From contig CM120645.1 in the NCBI GenBank assembly GCA_051362555.1, positions 11,222,001 through 11,286,000 on the forward strand: a stretch of 64,000 nucleotides of DNA, written 5' to 3'. This document shows, piece after piece, positions 36,853 to 50,600 of the stretch. How positions within the stretch are numbered: the stretch's first letter is position 1; the number at the start of each line of letters is the position of its first letter. The notes under the pieces were generated by a model, which was not told the origin of the DNA, did no database searches, and saw only the letters and a program-made list of their open reading frames with translations. This DNA comes from Lingula anatina. Its lineage: Eukaryota; Animalia; Brachiopoda. Made by a program: the position numbers and the translations under genes.

Positions 36853-39713
36853 GTTGCTTAAGTCACAGCTGGAGATTTAATTTCCAATAAAGTGTGTAAT
36901 TTTTATTAGACTTATTAAAAGTAAATATTTAATATATTGATATGGTGGCATATGTGGCCTCCATCAGCTGTAGTAGGTAGTAATGTATAGGAAGCTTCAA
37001 AGGTTTGTCAAATAGCCATTACCTCTTATTGATTGAATGACTTTCGTGTGCTGCTTAGAATTCAGCATCTTGTTTATTTCTTAAGTAGGAGCTTCCATTT
37101 CACCAAAAGGAATGTTTAATTTTGGAATCCTTAAGTGGTAGTAATAATTGGGCTTTTTGTCCTTAGTTATTGTGCTTCATTACTTGTTAATCTATTCATT
37201 TCAATGCTTTATTTTTTACATTTGAATGAAAAAAAATGTAAATGAGTAAAATGTATATTATAGGACATTTTGATATTGATTTTTAATTTAAATCAAATGT
37301 AATTATTATAATATTATTCTACTAGTATATTATTAGAGGAACTTACTTAGGCCAACCTCCCACTGGAACCAGTGAGACGACTTTCCCAGATGCCACCTAT
37401 CCATTTCTGCTGTTTTAAACTCACTTGTGTTGGTGGCTACTGTGCTCCTATATTCAGCAGGTTTATGTACTGTTCAGTGTGCTTTTCCTGCTCTTCTCTT
37501 CTTGATCTTTTCTGTCATTAGAATTCCAATTTAGAGGATTCTTCCTCTGGGTTTCTTAAAAACGGTGACATTGCCAACTTGCATCTTCTAACTGTGGTTT
37601 TGTTAGAGAATAGTGTTAGGCTGATGCAGAATTCTTCATTTGTTTTGTGATCTTTCCAGCCTATGTAGAGTGCAGTGCCATTCAGAACATATTGGAGGGA
37701 GTAGTGTGACAGTCATATTAATGTATACTCTTTACAGATCTGATACCAAGTTTACTTATTAATATATATGTTGCGAGTAGCCTTTGTAATTGCCAAAAAG
37801 ATTATAATACTTAACTGTTGTAGATACATTTTTACAGCTGTCAGCATACCTAAAATGTAGTGTACAGCACAGTAGTTATCATTCATTACTCAAGAAACAG
37901 AAATATTAAATACCTGTAGAAACCATATCATTAGTATGAAGATATGCCACAAGGTATTTGTGTGCCATTGTATGTATAAAACTGAAAAATATCCATATAT
38001 ATCGTAGTCGTGATTGTGGGCTAGGGTAAATGTAAAACAGTTCTTATATGTGCTAACGTGTTACAGTACATAAAATGCTGTTGTGAGTCATTAGCTGTGG
38101 TCTTTGTCATTGCACCAATACAACTGAAATACGAGTTCTCTTGCCATCAGATTCAGGAAGTTCTGTATTATGTGACGAGAGTCAGTTGAAACAGAATCGT
38201 TGTAGTGTGTGACTGGTCTTCTAACAGTCATTGTCTTAGTTTTAACACATGATCCAAAATATGTGTTACTACAATTGCCTAGCTAGTAAGGAATGGCAAT
38301 GCTGCAAGATTGTTGTCACTTTTACAAACAGTGCATATAAAGGCAGCATTTTACTGCAAGTAACATTTCATGGTTAAATTAGTTATATTTAGCTTGAAAT
38401 GCTTTATATGCAACTATGTTGATCTTTGTGCAAGGAGTGTATACATGTGTTATCAATAAGTCAGGTATACATGTGGTCTTTAAATAGATTGTGTACAGGT
38501 AAATTTTCACAAATAAGGCTTCAGCTAGGATCCAATATAAAGTTTATGGCATATTGGGTTGTAAAGATTGCATGTTTTCAGATGCTGTCAGTCGTTATTT
38601 ACAGCTAAGGGCGTTTGTTGTACATTCCCATTTGAAAAATGGATGCAGCCATTCCATCTTGCACTGGCGTAAATTGTATGGGAATTTAAGAACTGTGACA
38701 CTAAGCTTTGTATTGTTTCCTTTTGCTGTGGCTTCTCTTAGAACATTACTATATTCTCAATATACTGGTTATAAAATAAGGGTTAGCCTTCTCCATGTTA
38801 GAAGTGAGTATTGCTGTTAACTAACACAACTCATCACTGACAACAGTATACGATTTATTATTTATGTACAGTTTGAAAATATTTACATTTGGAATAAAGG
38901 TCCCACAAAAAGTAAAAAAAAACTGGACTCTTTTTATATGAAAGTAAGGTGGTTGACACATAGTTCCAGCTAGTATATTTACAGCTAGTACACCCAATGT
39001 GCAGTCCATGTGTTTATACAGTGTATAAGAGAGAACTATGCACTATACATTGTACCAGGTGGATGGTTGTATCTAGTGTATATGGTATAAGAATGTGGAT
39101 TTTGTTTATTTGATGTAATAAATGTTCTTGTTACATAACTGTCTTTATGTTTTGCTTTATTATTGAATTGGAGAAGGTAATTGTTTTGTTAAAAACCATA
39201 CAAAATGTTTTGAAATTATGCTTCACACAGTAGTTGATAAAAAGTAAACTGCTTTAAGTAATCTTGAACCCTACAACTTGCATTCTTGTTTCTATTCCAT
39301 TCCTAAAAATTGGAACTTTTTACTTGCAGTGGTAAATGGCATTTATTGGTATATCAGCAGTACTAACTGTACTATGGCAGATTGCCTTAGACCAACGTTG
39401 CAAAGTCCACATCACATAGCAGGCAACCAGAGTCCAGCAGTTTTCATAAGACCATTAACATGTCTTTTTGTTAAAACAAGCTCTGCTGCAGCAAAAAGTT
39501 ACGTTGCTAAGACATCAACGGAACATGAACTGCATTGTTCCCTCTATTGCAACTGAAAGGTCCACAAAGGTACTGCACAATCACAAGACTGGGTAACATC
39601 CTCTAAGGCTATTCATTGGTATTTTCAATTGCCCCTTCTCCTTTTATCCCTCAAAAAGCACAGTTATCCTTATGACAACAATTCCTGAATTATCCAATCC
39701 ATATAGTAAAGCA

Positions 39714-42700
39714 TCACGTTTCTTCCTCAAAATCCCCTGGATCGAAGTTATTTGGATTCTCCTCAAATTCTGCAGCAGCTACCTTACTTGGTCTGAAATA
39801 AAGATGACGTAAAAAAGTGAAAAATTCCTTGGAAATGTACATATCATGAGATATATGCACATTGCCTAACAGATTTGATAGTGTCATGAAGGACCATACA
39901 AATTGGATTTTCATACCTTTAAAACAGTTTGTTCATCATAAGCTTACTTTTTAATGAGGACCAGCACCACAATTATTATAACAGCTACGGGTACAAGTGA
40001 GCCAAGGACAGCCAGTAGTATCACCCAGGCAGGAGTACCCTCTGTGGAGGAACCCTACAAATATACAGGGTGAAAACAGTCAAAAAATAAAATAAAAGAT
40101 ATACTGTTTATATATATATCATATATATATATATATAGCTGGTCCCAGGATTAATGCTTTACAATTATGTAAAATAAACATAGAATACTAAAATAATCTG
40201 GCAATTGTACATAATAATCATTACAATGTTAAGTTACTTTTCTGGATCTGCCCATGGCATGTGTTTCCTGACAAAACTGACCATTTTCTCCGTGGAGTTG
40301 GACTGCAGCTCAGTGGTGGCTGGCTCAGTGGGAGGGGGAGGGGCCTGGGTTGCTATGGTAACACTTATGATAGTGAGGTTCAGTGTGATACCATATGCTG
40401 TTTTGACTGCTTCTTCTAATCCTGACGTCAGCTCGTCTTGTCTGCATGATAATATGATTATAGTGCGATTCTAATATATACAACATTATCAAGATATACA
40501 CATTTTCAACAAACAATCTTTTTTTATTTTTTGCACAGTTATTTGAGTCAATGGCTTGGAAAATACAATTCTCTTTTACAGACCTTTATTAATAGTCAAA
40601 ATAGAAGTTTTGTGGCAAATTATTTATTTAATATAAAATAAACAAATGCTACATTCATGATTTTAATCAAATTTAATTTTAATTGCAATGTAGTATATAA
40701 AATACATTTTCTGCACATTTAATGATACTCTATTTTCTGCTTTTACAGTAGCATTTGTTCATACTTTCTGCTGCTTATAATGACCAAGCTATACTGAAGA
40801 GACAATATATGGGACTGTCAAAAAAATATTCCTATTATTATTATTTTAACAACTTTATCCCTCAGATACTTACACATCCGTGTACTCAAGAATATCAGCT
40901 AACAGCTCCTTAGGTATAAACTCATCTTGGGTTGTTTCTTCTGTCATGACTGTGATGGTAGTTGTCACATTCCAAAGTGTGTCATTTGTAGCATTAACAA
41001 TAACAGTAGGCACTGTCAACAACTTACGCCCGTGTACGTCTGCCAAATAAATATCAGAATCATCATTAACCTGCTTTCCATGTGAACGTTTTAATCTCCC
41101 TGATTTTGATGTCTCATCAATTGTTGCTGCTTCAGAAAAATTATTATGGCTTGTCAAATTGAACGCAAGTAAAGTTCTGTTGTTCGACAAATCCGTTGCA
41201 TTAAAACCAAACGTTCCATTAAATTCCTCCACAATATCTCCACTTCCACTCCCCACGAAGTCGCCGTCGCCATCTTTGACTGTCTCCTGAGTGATATTCA
41301 AGAGCTCTGTGTCATTCCAGGAAAAGTTTCCATGAATTGATGTAGTTGGCAGGGTAGTGGTCAGTAACATCTTGTAAGCAGCCGCACAGAGTCCAGTGTT
41401 GGGACTGTACTTGGAGAAGACCAGGACGTCCAAGAGGCCATCTTTCTCCAGAGGATAGCCCTGGCCGATCTTCACTTGGTTCATGGAGGCGAACACGAGA
41501 GGGTTGTTCTTACGTGGTCTGCAAACACAAGTAGATGACTGCCATGCATTAATAGTAATAAATGTGAAATGAATTCAATACAATTTTTGCCCTCACAGAA
41601 AAAAATTGTCATAGTGAATACTTTTGTCAATTTTCCCTTTTTGTTCCCATATTCCACCTTGCTCAAGTATGCAATTATTTCTGAACTTATTTATGGTACA
41701 CTCTTTGGTTAACTTAAGTTTGAAAAAAAAAAAGAAAATGACCTAATGCATTGTTACACTGGTACTCAGCATGTAATAACAAAATGAATGTTATATAAAG
41801 TGGATTCTGAGACTTTTAGCAACTAGAAAATAGTCTATTTACATATATAATGTCTCATAACCACAGCACTGAGACACCATGCTCCTATTGAAATTGCAGA
41901 AAGAATTTATTACTGTCATCAACTTGCTGATGAAGACCTCCCTGATCGGAACAAACTGAAATATAATCATGAAAAAAATAACGAGGAAATTAAATACTGG
42001 CTGGTCAAATAACTTTGTTATGAAAAATATTAGACTTTAAAATAAACCTGGGAAAATTCAGTTGTAATGTCAGTAATACTATAATCTGAAGTTATCCAAA
42101 CTGTGATAAATAAATGCAATATTCACAAAAAATTATCAATTATCAGTTGTCATTTCAACAAATAGTCTATATTTAGTATTTAAGTGTAATATTGTTTCCT
42201 ATAAAAATGCTCTGTATATTATAATAGTTCTGTACAAAGGATATTCATAACATTATTACCTGCTGCACACCTAGTCCTCCATCTATAGTGAGAATAACTC
42301 CATACTGAAGCTCCTCAGGGTTTACTGAAATGGCAATCTCAACATTTTAATAAAAAAATATCTCATATTATAATATCCTTAATTATAGGCATCTGCCCAT
42401 ATACCCACAGGCAAAAGCTGAATCTAACATTAAATGAAAATGAATTTCATAAAAGTTGGCAATATTTGTTAATTCCTATATAAATTTATAAAATTTAATC
42501 TTAACTTTTAATTTGACAAAACAAGTCAAAAGCTGGAGCAAATTATTAAAAGCAACTTCTAAATTGAAGCTTTTAAATTGGTCAGCATCGGGTATGATGG
42601 ACAACCACAAGTACATATGTATATCATGCACTCAACATATTAATTTAAAATTTATAATCCAAATTAAATCAAACAACATACATGGACACAACCAGGTGTT

Positions 42701-44569
42701 GCACTGTGCCATCTCTCCTCCACTTCCAACACACCATGCACCACCGCCATCTGGTGAGGGATCATTGCACTCCCTGGATCTCACTTTGGTGCCCCCGCCA
42801 CAAGGCTTGGTGCAGTTTGTCCACGCTGTCCACTCTCCCCATTGTCCATCACGATCTGGAAATGTGCAGGTTAGTTATGAGGAAATTAATACAGACCAAA
42901 CGAGTTGCAAATATCATCTGTGACAATTATTACTATGAACTAATTTTTCAAAAGGAATTTACTTTACTTCATATAACAAAATTATGATTTGTTAGGAACC
43001 AATCACAAATTTAATTACTTTTTCTTTCAAATAGTACTAAATCTTAATTTCAAATTCCCAAACACTGCATGTGATATCCGTATGACAAAATCATCAAAAC
43101 CACAAACCTCTTCAACTGAAATTTAAATGAAAAAACTTTTCACTACAAAAAAATTCCAGTAAATCCATGAGATCACCTGTACACTTAAATGCCAGTCCCA
43201 GTTTATACCCATCTCTACACGTGCATTGGAATGAGCCCCAAGTGTTCGTACAGTTGCCGCGTTCTTCATCACATGGTGACTGGGTAGAGCACTCATCAAT
43301 GTCTGAAATATAACAAAATGCATTTAATTTATCGACTAACTTTAACAAAAACTGTGCAGGTCTAAATATAATAATATATCATCAGATTAACTTAACTACT
43401 GCACAAAAGGATCTAATTAAATTCTGAGGTGCAGTGGCAATCTATGGGTACTTTCCCAGAGATTTTAGATCGATCTAAAGATTAAGTTTTAGATCGACCT
43501 AACTCCCTGGGGGTTCATGCTAAATTGCAGTCAGCCGAGCGGGCACCATAGTTAATTACCCCCTTACAGCTTTTAGTAGGCGGGACAGACGCTTAAGCGG
43601 GCCAAGCTGACAGTAATCTAGTGAGACTCCCCACAGGGATAGATCGATCTAAAAATCTATGGAAATGGGGTGTATGTGCATTCAACCATAAATTTAGATT
43701 TTTATCTATTTTTAGTTACTAGTATTTTATTTACTTATTTTTCACAAATTTTTAACATGAAAGAACTCATACTCTGCAATACCTTCACAAAAAATAGCAT
43801 AACATACTGTACTGGTACAGCCCAAACTTTCAAACCAAAATTACCTTCACAATAGAAACCCAGTTCATCCACCCTGTATCCTCTAGGACATATACAAGTG
43901 TCCAGATCCTCTATACTAGCACAGTCCCAGTGGCACATGGCTGCATAGGTACTGTTATCACAGGGTCTGGCCGCTACAGACAATGAAGAATTTTTCCAAA
44001 CTAAATTCAATTTCTTATTACAGCATCTGGTGTGTTAACTGCACTTGCTGTCAGTAATAAACAAATTATATAATGTTTGGAAGAATGTCTACAACATTAT
44101 AAAAGTTGGCAACATCTATCAGTTCATATGCTGTGCTAATGGAAATCTTGAGATTAAAGACTAGCTTAATTTGTATCTGTTATCTTAAATTTTGAGCTTG
44201 GCCAATTTTAAACTGTTTAAAATGGAAATTTAAACTGTTTAATAATAAAGTTGCCCCTCTGATTCCTTGCAAAAGACATGAGTTTTTTTAGGAAACAGGC
44301 CATTCAAACCTACACTCACCAATGCAGGATTTCATGTCAACATCCAGTCTGAACCCAGGCAGACAGGCACAGCCATAGCCCCCTGGCTTGTTAATACAGA
44401 TATGGTGACAGTCATGGATACCATTGCTGCAATCATCTATATCTGCAGAGAATTAAAAATTCAACAACTACTATAGTCTAGACTAAGTTTATAAGACATC
44501 CAGGTTGGTTATAGGATCCAAAATTTCAACAGCTAGACTATATGACATCCTGGTTTGTTAATAGTCATG

Positions 44570-44618
<49 letters not shown>

Positions 44619-47600
44619 CAGACATACCTTCACAGGTCCTTCCATTGGCTGCCAGCTGGTATCCCTTGGCACAGTCACAGACATAGGAGCCAGGGGTGTT
44701 ATGACACAGTCCTCTGTCTGGACGCTGGTCGCAGAGATGTGTATCCGTACGACATTCCTCCACATCTGTTAAATATAAAGGTACCATGCACAATTTTAGT
44801 GTGTAAGATTCAATCTCTGAATATAAGCAGCAAGATGCCAAAATGTTACCAGTCACACTGAAAAAGTAATTTATTAAAAATGCTTAAAAGATTGAAGAAT
44901 TCAAAGAACCCTAAAGTTTGAAAGGTGATTTCATTTTAAATGTCTGTTCAATAAATTATTCCTCAAATCTGCACTGTTGTAATCACTGCAAATAAATTTC
45001 ATATCTTCCTGGTTCTAAAAAACAAATTATCTGATACTGGTGTGGTATACAGACAAATAGAACAAATTTTTCATCATACCTTCACAAACAATGCCATCCC
45101 CATGGTAACCCACCTGGCACTGGCACCTATAACTACCAGGTGTATTAATACACACACCTTTGGCCTTATCACACACATGCTGGCCCAGAGTACACTCATT
45201 TAAGTCTGAAATTATCAGAAATCATGAAGTACAGTTATAAAGTGACATGGTTTGGATTTACATGGCAATTTTTGAAGTATTTAAAAAATTTCCAACAAAG
45301 CCTCATAATTTGTTTAATTTTGCTGTTTTTGTTTCAAAAGTATATTACATTTATTATTGTTTGGTCCTTAAAAAAACCCTTATTTAGAAGTTCAATTCTA
45401 TTTTTTCTTAAGGCTAAAGGTAAAGTTTGGGCACTTCAACCAAAGTTCATTTTTCTGGTCCAAAAGTTAACACATTAAAAGGTACCACTTACAATTTTAG
45501 CACGAAAACCAATAAAAATTTCAACTATCCATTTTTGGGAAATTCCATTATTATAATTTTGATAAAGCCAAAATTAAGTAAATGCCCTTCAACCAAAGTT
45601 CCTTTATCTGTTCAAATTAACTTCATTCCTTTCCCTCACCCACACATATCTTCCCCATGGGGATGTACCCGTGCTGGCAGACACACTGGTAGCCTGGAGA
45701 CAGGTTGTGGCACACGGTGTGAGAAGCTAAACTACAGGTGTGGTTACCAGCCTGACACTCATCATAATCTGAAATAACAAACTGAGAGAATAACATTTAT
45801 GATAAAGATTTATTAGACAATTGTCAACCTGTTGAAATAATATATACACAAATTTATCTAAATCTACATGTATTCTATCCTAGTGAACTTTTTGCTGGTC
45901 CATCATCACATTTAGAGAAAGGCATTCTCTATATATACTGTAACAGTAAATTTATTAAATTACATTGAAATTCAACATAATTATGGAATGACGTTGCACC
46001 TTTATTCTAGCCCATTCATTGTTTCTATATGGTACTGTATTTCTCAAGGCTAAACTAACCTATGCACCTATATGGACCAACTTGCACATAGAGGGTGCTG
46101 ATGCAGGCACACTCATATCCTGGCACAGTGTTCACGCAGACGACATTCATCTCAGGATCACAGTTGTGAAGATTTGGCATGGCACACTCATCTATGTCTG
46201 GAAAGAATAAACTCTTATTATAAATTATCAAAATTAAAATATTAGCAAAGGACATTTATATCCTTTCCAATGAATTGCTATATGCAGCATCTTTTCATTG
46301 GTTTTATATACGAATTAATGTTTGTACATGTCGATGAAATTTTCTGTAATACAGAAGGAAACAAAAATGCAGAATTTTTTTAAAAACTTTTTTATCACAC
46401 ACATTAAGGCAAAAACTATCTGAAAACAAGAAAATGTCTTAACCTGTGCATTGAAAAAAGCTACAGAAGTAAACGTTAAGTTTGTCTTGGATTATCATAC
46501 ATGCATTGAGTAATAAAATTATTAATATGTTAATGAAAAGATATTGTCCATTACCTTCACAAATGTCTCCGAATTCTTCATCGACAGTGAACCCATTAGG
46601 ACAAAAGCAAGAGTCAGCACCCGCTACATAGCCACAGAAATGAGAACAACCTCTGGGCTCAAAACATTTGAATGTGGCTGTAATCAGAGAAGAGTGAAAT
46701 AGGAGTAGAAGTAGTAGTCTACATGTACAGTGGTGTATCAATCAAAATTAATGTTTATAATAAGTGGACAGACAGAAAAATTGGATAAAAATTACATGCA
46801 AATATGTAAGCAAATGCTTTTAAAAGTTCAAAAAGCTCCATAATATTACGTCAAAAAATACATGGTTCTGAATGGAAACTATCCATTGTTAAACGGTCTC
46901 TATCAAAAGTTCAGAAAGTAGTGAAACAATTTTACAAGCAGAAAAATTAAAATTTTGTTAGTCTTGCTAAATTATTTTTCTCCAAAATTATTTGTATCAT
47001 AAGTTAATAATGGAATAATGGAGCAATAAGCATGTATGAGATTTCCTACGTTTACAGGTCTTGCCATCCTCTGCCAGATAGAAGTCTGTGGGACAGGAGC
47101 AGAGGTAGCTCCCTCTGGTGTTGTTACAATACCACCTGGACAGACAGCTGTGTGTGGCCTCACTCTGACACTCATCCACGTCTACCAAAATTATGAGAAA
47201 CAAAAAAGCAATAATTTTAGAAAAAAATATCACTTAAAATCTTGGATGATGTAACAAAATGTATGATACTTAAAGTTTTGGAGATTAAAATATGACAAAA
47301 TAAATATTTATTTTTTAAGATGATAAGTGTCTTTCTCTCTACTTCTTTTCTGGTAATAACCCATTTACTGTTATTCTAGCTATTGATGCAAAGAAAGCTA
47401 TTATAACCAAAATAATAAAACAGGAATTGATAAAAACTCCCAGGAGAAAGGCAGTTCAAGTAGTCTTATCATGGTGTTGTTATGGAATAAAGTGTCATTA
47501 CCTTCAGAGGTGTAGTTACCATATGGTATCAAGTGTCATTACCTTCACAGGTGTAGTTACCATATAGTATCACATGCCATGACCTTCACAGGTGTAGTTA

Positions 47601-50600
47601 CCATATGGTATCACATGCCATTACCTTCACAGGTGTAGTTACCATATGGTATCACATGTCATTACCTTCACAGGTGTAGTTACCATATGGTATCACATGT
47701 CATTACCTTCACTGGTGTAGTTACCATATGGTACTAAGTGTCCTTACCTTCACAGGTGTAGTTACCACAGGGTATTAAGTGTTCTTACCTTCACAGGAAT
47801 GGCCGTCATCTGCCAGTATGTATCCAGTGTTGCATACGCAGGTGTAGTTACCATATGGAGTATTCAGGCACTGATGATGGCAACCTCCATAGTCAGGCTG
47901 GGAGCACTCATTCAATTCTGGAAAAACAGCCAGAGAAGCATTATTTTCATACTGCCTTCAATCAAACATTTTAGATTTAATACTGATGAATGAAAAATAA
48001 CCAAGCTTAGTTTAAGTTATGGAAATGTTGAAAATGGTGATAACATGAAACCTGACGTTCATATCACAATTCATGACAAAATAAGACATCATTTGACGAA
48101 AATCTAAATGCTATAAGTTTTAAAGTTTTTTTTATTATGAGCATATACGGTAAATGTGCTTCTTCAATTGAGAAGTATGAAGAGTGTTTATTTGTGGTTA
48201 AAAGCACACTAGCAGCCAATCTTTTACAGACTAAAATCCAGTATTCACATGGCACCTTACCAGAACATACAAAACCATCTCCAGTAAAGCCAGCCATGCA
48301 GTGACAGCTGTAGCCTGGGTGCTGGTCTACACATACTCCATATACCTTGTCACAGTCATTGGTCAGAGGGGAGGAACACTCATCAAAATCTAGTGTGAGA
48401 GAAAATTGCTTCATTAATATAACACAGCTGTCACAGCTGTTGGTGAGAGGGTAGCAACACTCATCAAAATCTGGTGCAAAAAATTCCTAAATATCAAATT
48501 TAAAATTCTCAAAGCAGGTCACAGTAGTGGCTGTACATATAAAGGAAGAAAGCCATTCTGTACATTTTCCATGCTTCTTAACATATACAAAATTCAACAA
48601 TTTTCCCAACTTTTTCCATAAAAACTAAGATGCGTCTCAAAGAGGACAACAAACCCCCTAACCCTGACTTATTCACGGACAACACAGCCTGTATTTTTAC
48701 CAGTATTCATACTCACAGGCCTGTATACAGTGTCTCCTGTCCTCATGTAGGATATATCCCAGCTCACAGGCACACTCATAACTCCCAACCACATTAATAC
48801 AGATCATCTGACAGCTGTGGTGACCCGTGGAACACTCATCCTCATCTGAAATGACGGTTTGGTTTTCAATGCAAATTTATTTTTATATATATAGGTAACA
48901 TGAAAACAATGTCAGATTTTTTTCTTTCTTTCTTTTTTGGAATTTTTTTTCTTAACTAAACTGTTCTGTTCCCTGGCTTAGTTGTCAGGACTGTTAATTG
49001 TAAAACTGTTTCTGATAGGATGAGACGTGTGCATGTGACCATGTAACCTTGGTAACAAAGATGAAATCCACTAGAACTGAATTACGAGACAAGCTAAAAG
49101 TTAAAAATTTTACCAACCCACACAAGTTATGCCATCTGGTGCCTGCACAAAGCCCAGCTTACAACTGCAGTAGAACCTGCCGTCTGTGTTCACACAGCGG
49201 CTGATCTCACTGCGGCATGGACTGAGACCGGTTGAACACTCATCCACATCTGAATCAGGAGACAATGGTTGTATACACCACATATTATTAATTATAATAT
49301 TACACTGCACTGAATTTTCTTATTTTCCAGCTAAATTTTCCCATTCGAATTTTAGACCATGTATATAATTCTGATTTTGCAAACTCAAAAACCGGCCCTT
49401 TAACATCATATGCACCTAATGCAAATACAAAAGAACTTTCTTTAAATCCTGGTGCACACTCATATTGCCATATACACAGGTAGCATTCATTAAAAGATAA
49501 GAAATATTTTCAAATACGATAACAATAGGACCATGACAGCCTCTTACCCACACAAAAGTTGGTTGAATTAAGAGAATACCCTTTAGGACAATTGCAAATG
49601 GTTTCGAACTTTGACGTAGATTTTGCACACACAGCACGTGGGTTTCCTCCATCGCAATTCATAATTTCCTCCTCATCGCACTCAAATATGGCTGCAAAAG
49701 AGATTTGAGAAGAGATATACATCGTCAATAAATACTGCAATTACAGTATATTCTTTTAATTTCAGAAATCTAAATCAGTGATGGGAGCAATGGATGTGCA
49801 AAAGCAGGGAGAAAACCAAATACTCCTCTCACTGTTTGAAAAATACTGTTATATTTTTTAACATTTCATTTACAGAAGTGATGACAATGTGCACTTACGC
49901 TGGCATGATACAGTGTCATTGTCCAGGATGAAGCTTTCCCCACATGCACACTCATATCGTCCAATGAGGTCCACACATGTCTGCTGACAGCTGTTGTTTA
50001 TGTCACACTCATCTACCTCTGCAACATTATACAGTGAATATACCCATAAGCATAATGAAAAGACTACAGTCTGGGGTAGTGCTAACACTTGCCAATTTAG
50101 CCAGATGCTAAAACTGACATAAATTGGCTAAACAAAAAGGGCTTGATTTGACTTGTTTTAGTCAAATTATAACCATTTGGATAACAAATTGACAAAAAAG
50201 TTGTGATTTGGCTAAGCAAAAAAGATTGCTAGCACTACCCCAGACAGTAGTGCAAATTTGCCACAAACTATGCTACTTTTTATGAGCCCATTAATGTTAT
50301 GAATCAATAATGATGTTATAATCAATTGAACAAAAAAATATATAAAAAAAAAAAACAGATGCCAGATTCTATCATTTCATTTTCTCAAAACAGCTTTTTC
50401 ATTACTATACCTTCACATTCTCCCTTAACTTTATTCATTCTGTAACCATAGTAACAGCGGCACACATAGCTCCCTCTAGTGTTGACACAGTACGAGTGTT
50501 CAGGGCACAAACTGCTAGTGTTGCTGCCATGGTAACTGTTGCCAAGGAGACATTCATTTTGATCTGGAAAATTTGTTCATTCATTTTTTTTTTCAAAAAA

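Noticed and set aside
40238-40281. Longer version of a receptor exon ending at AA|gtaact (40238)
   Set aside because: Would put the TM exon out of frame; the phase-0 donor ATG|gtcagt at 40282 keeps the frame.
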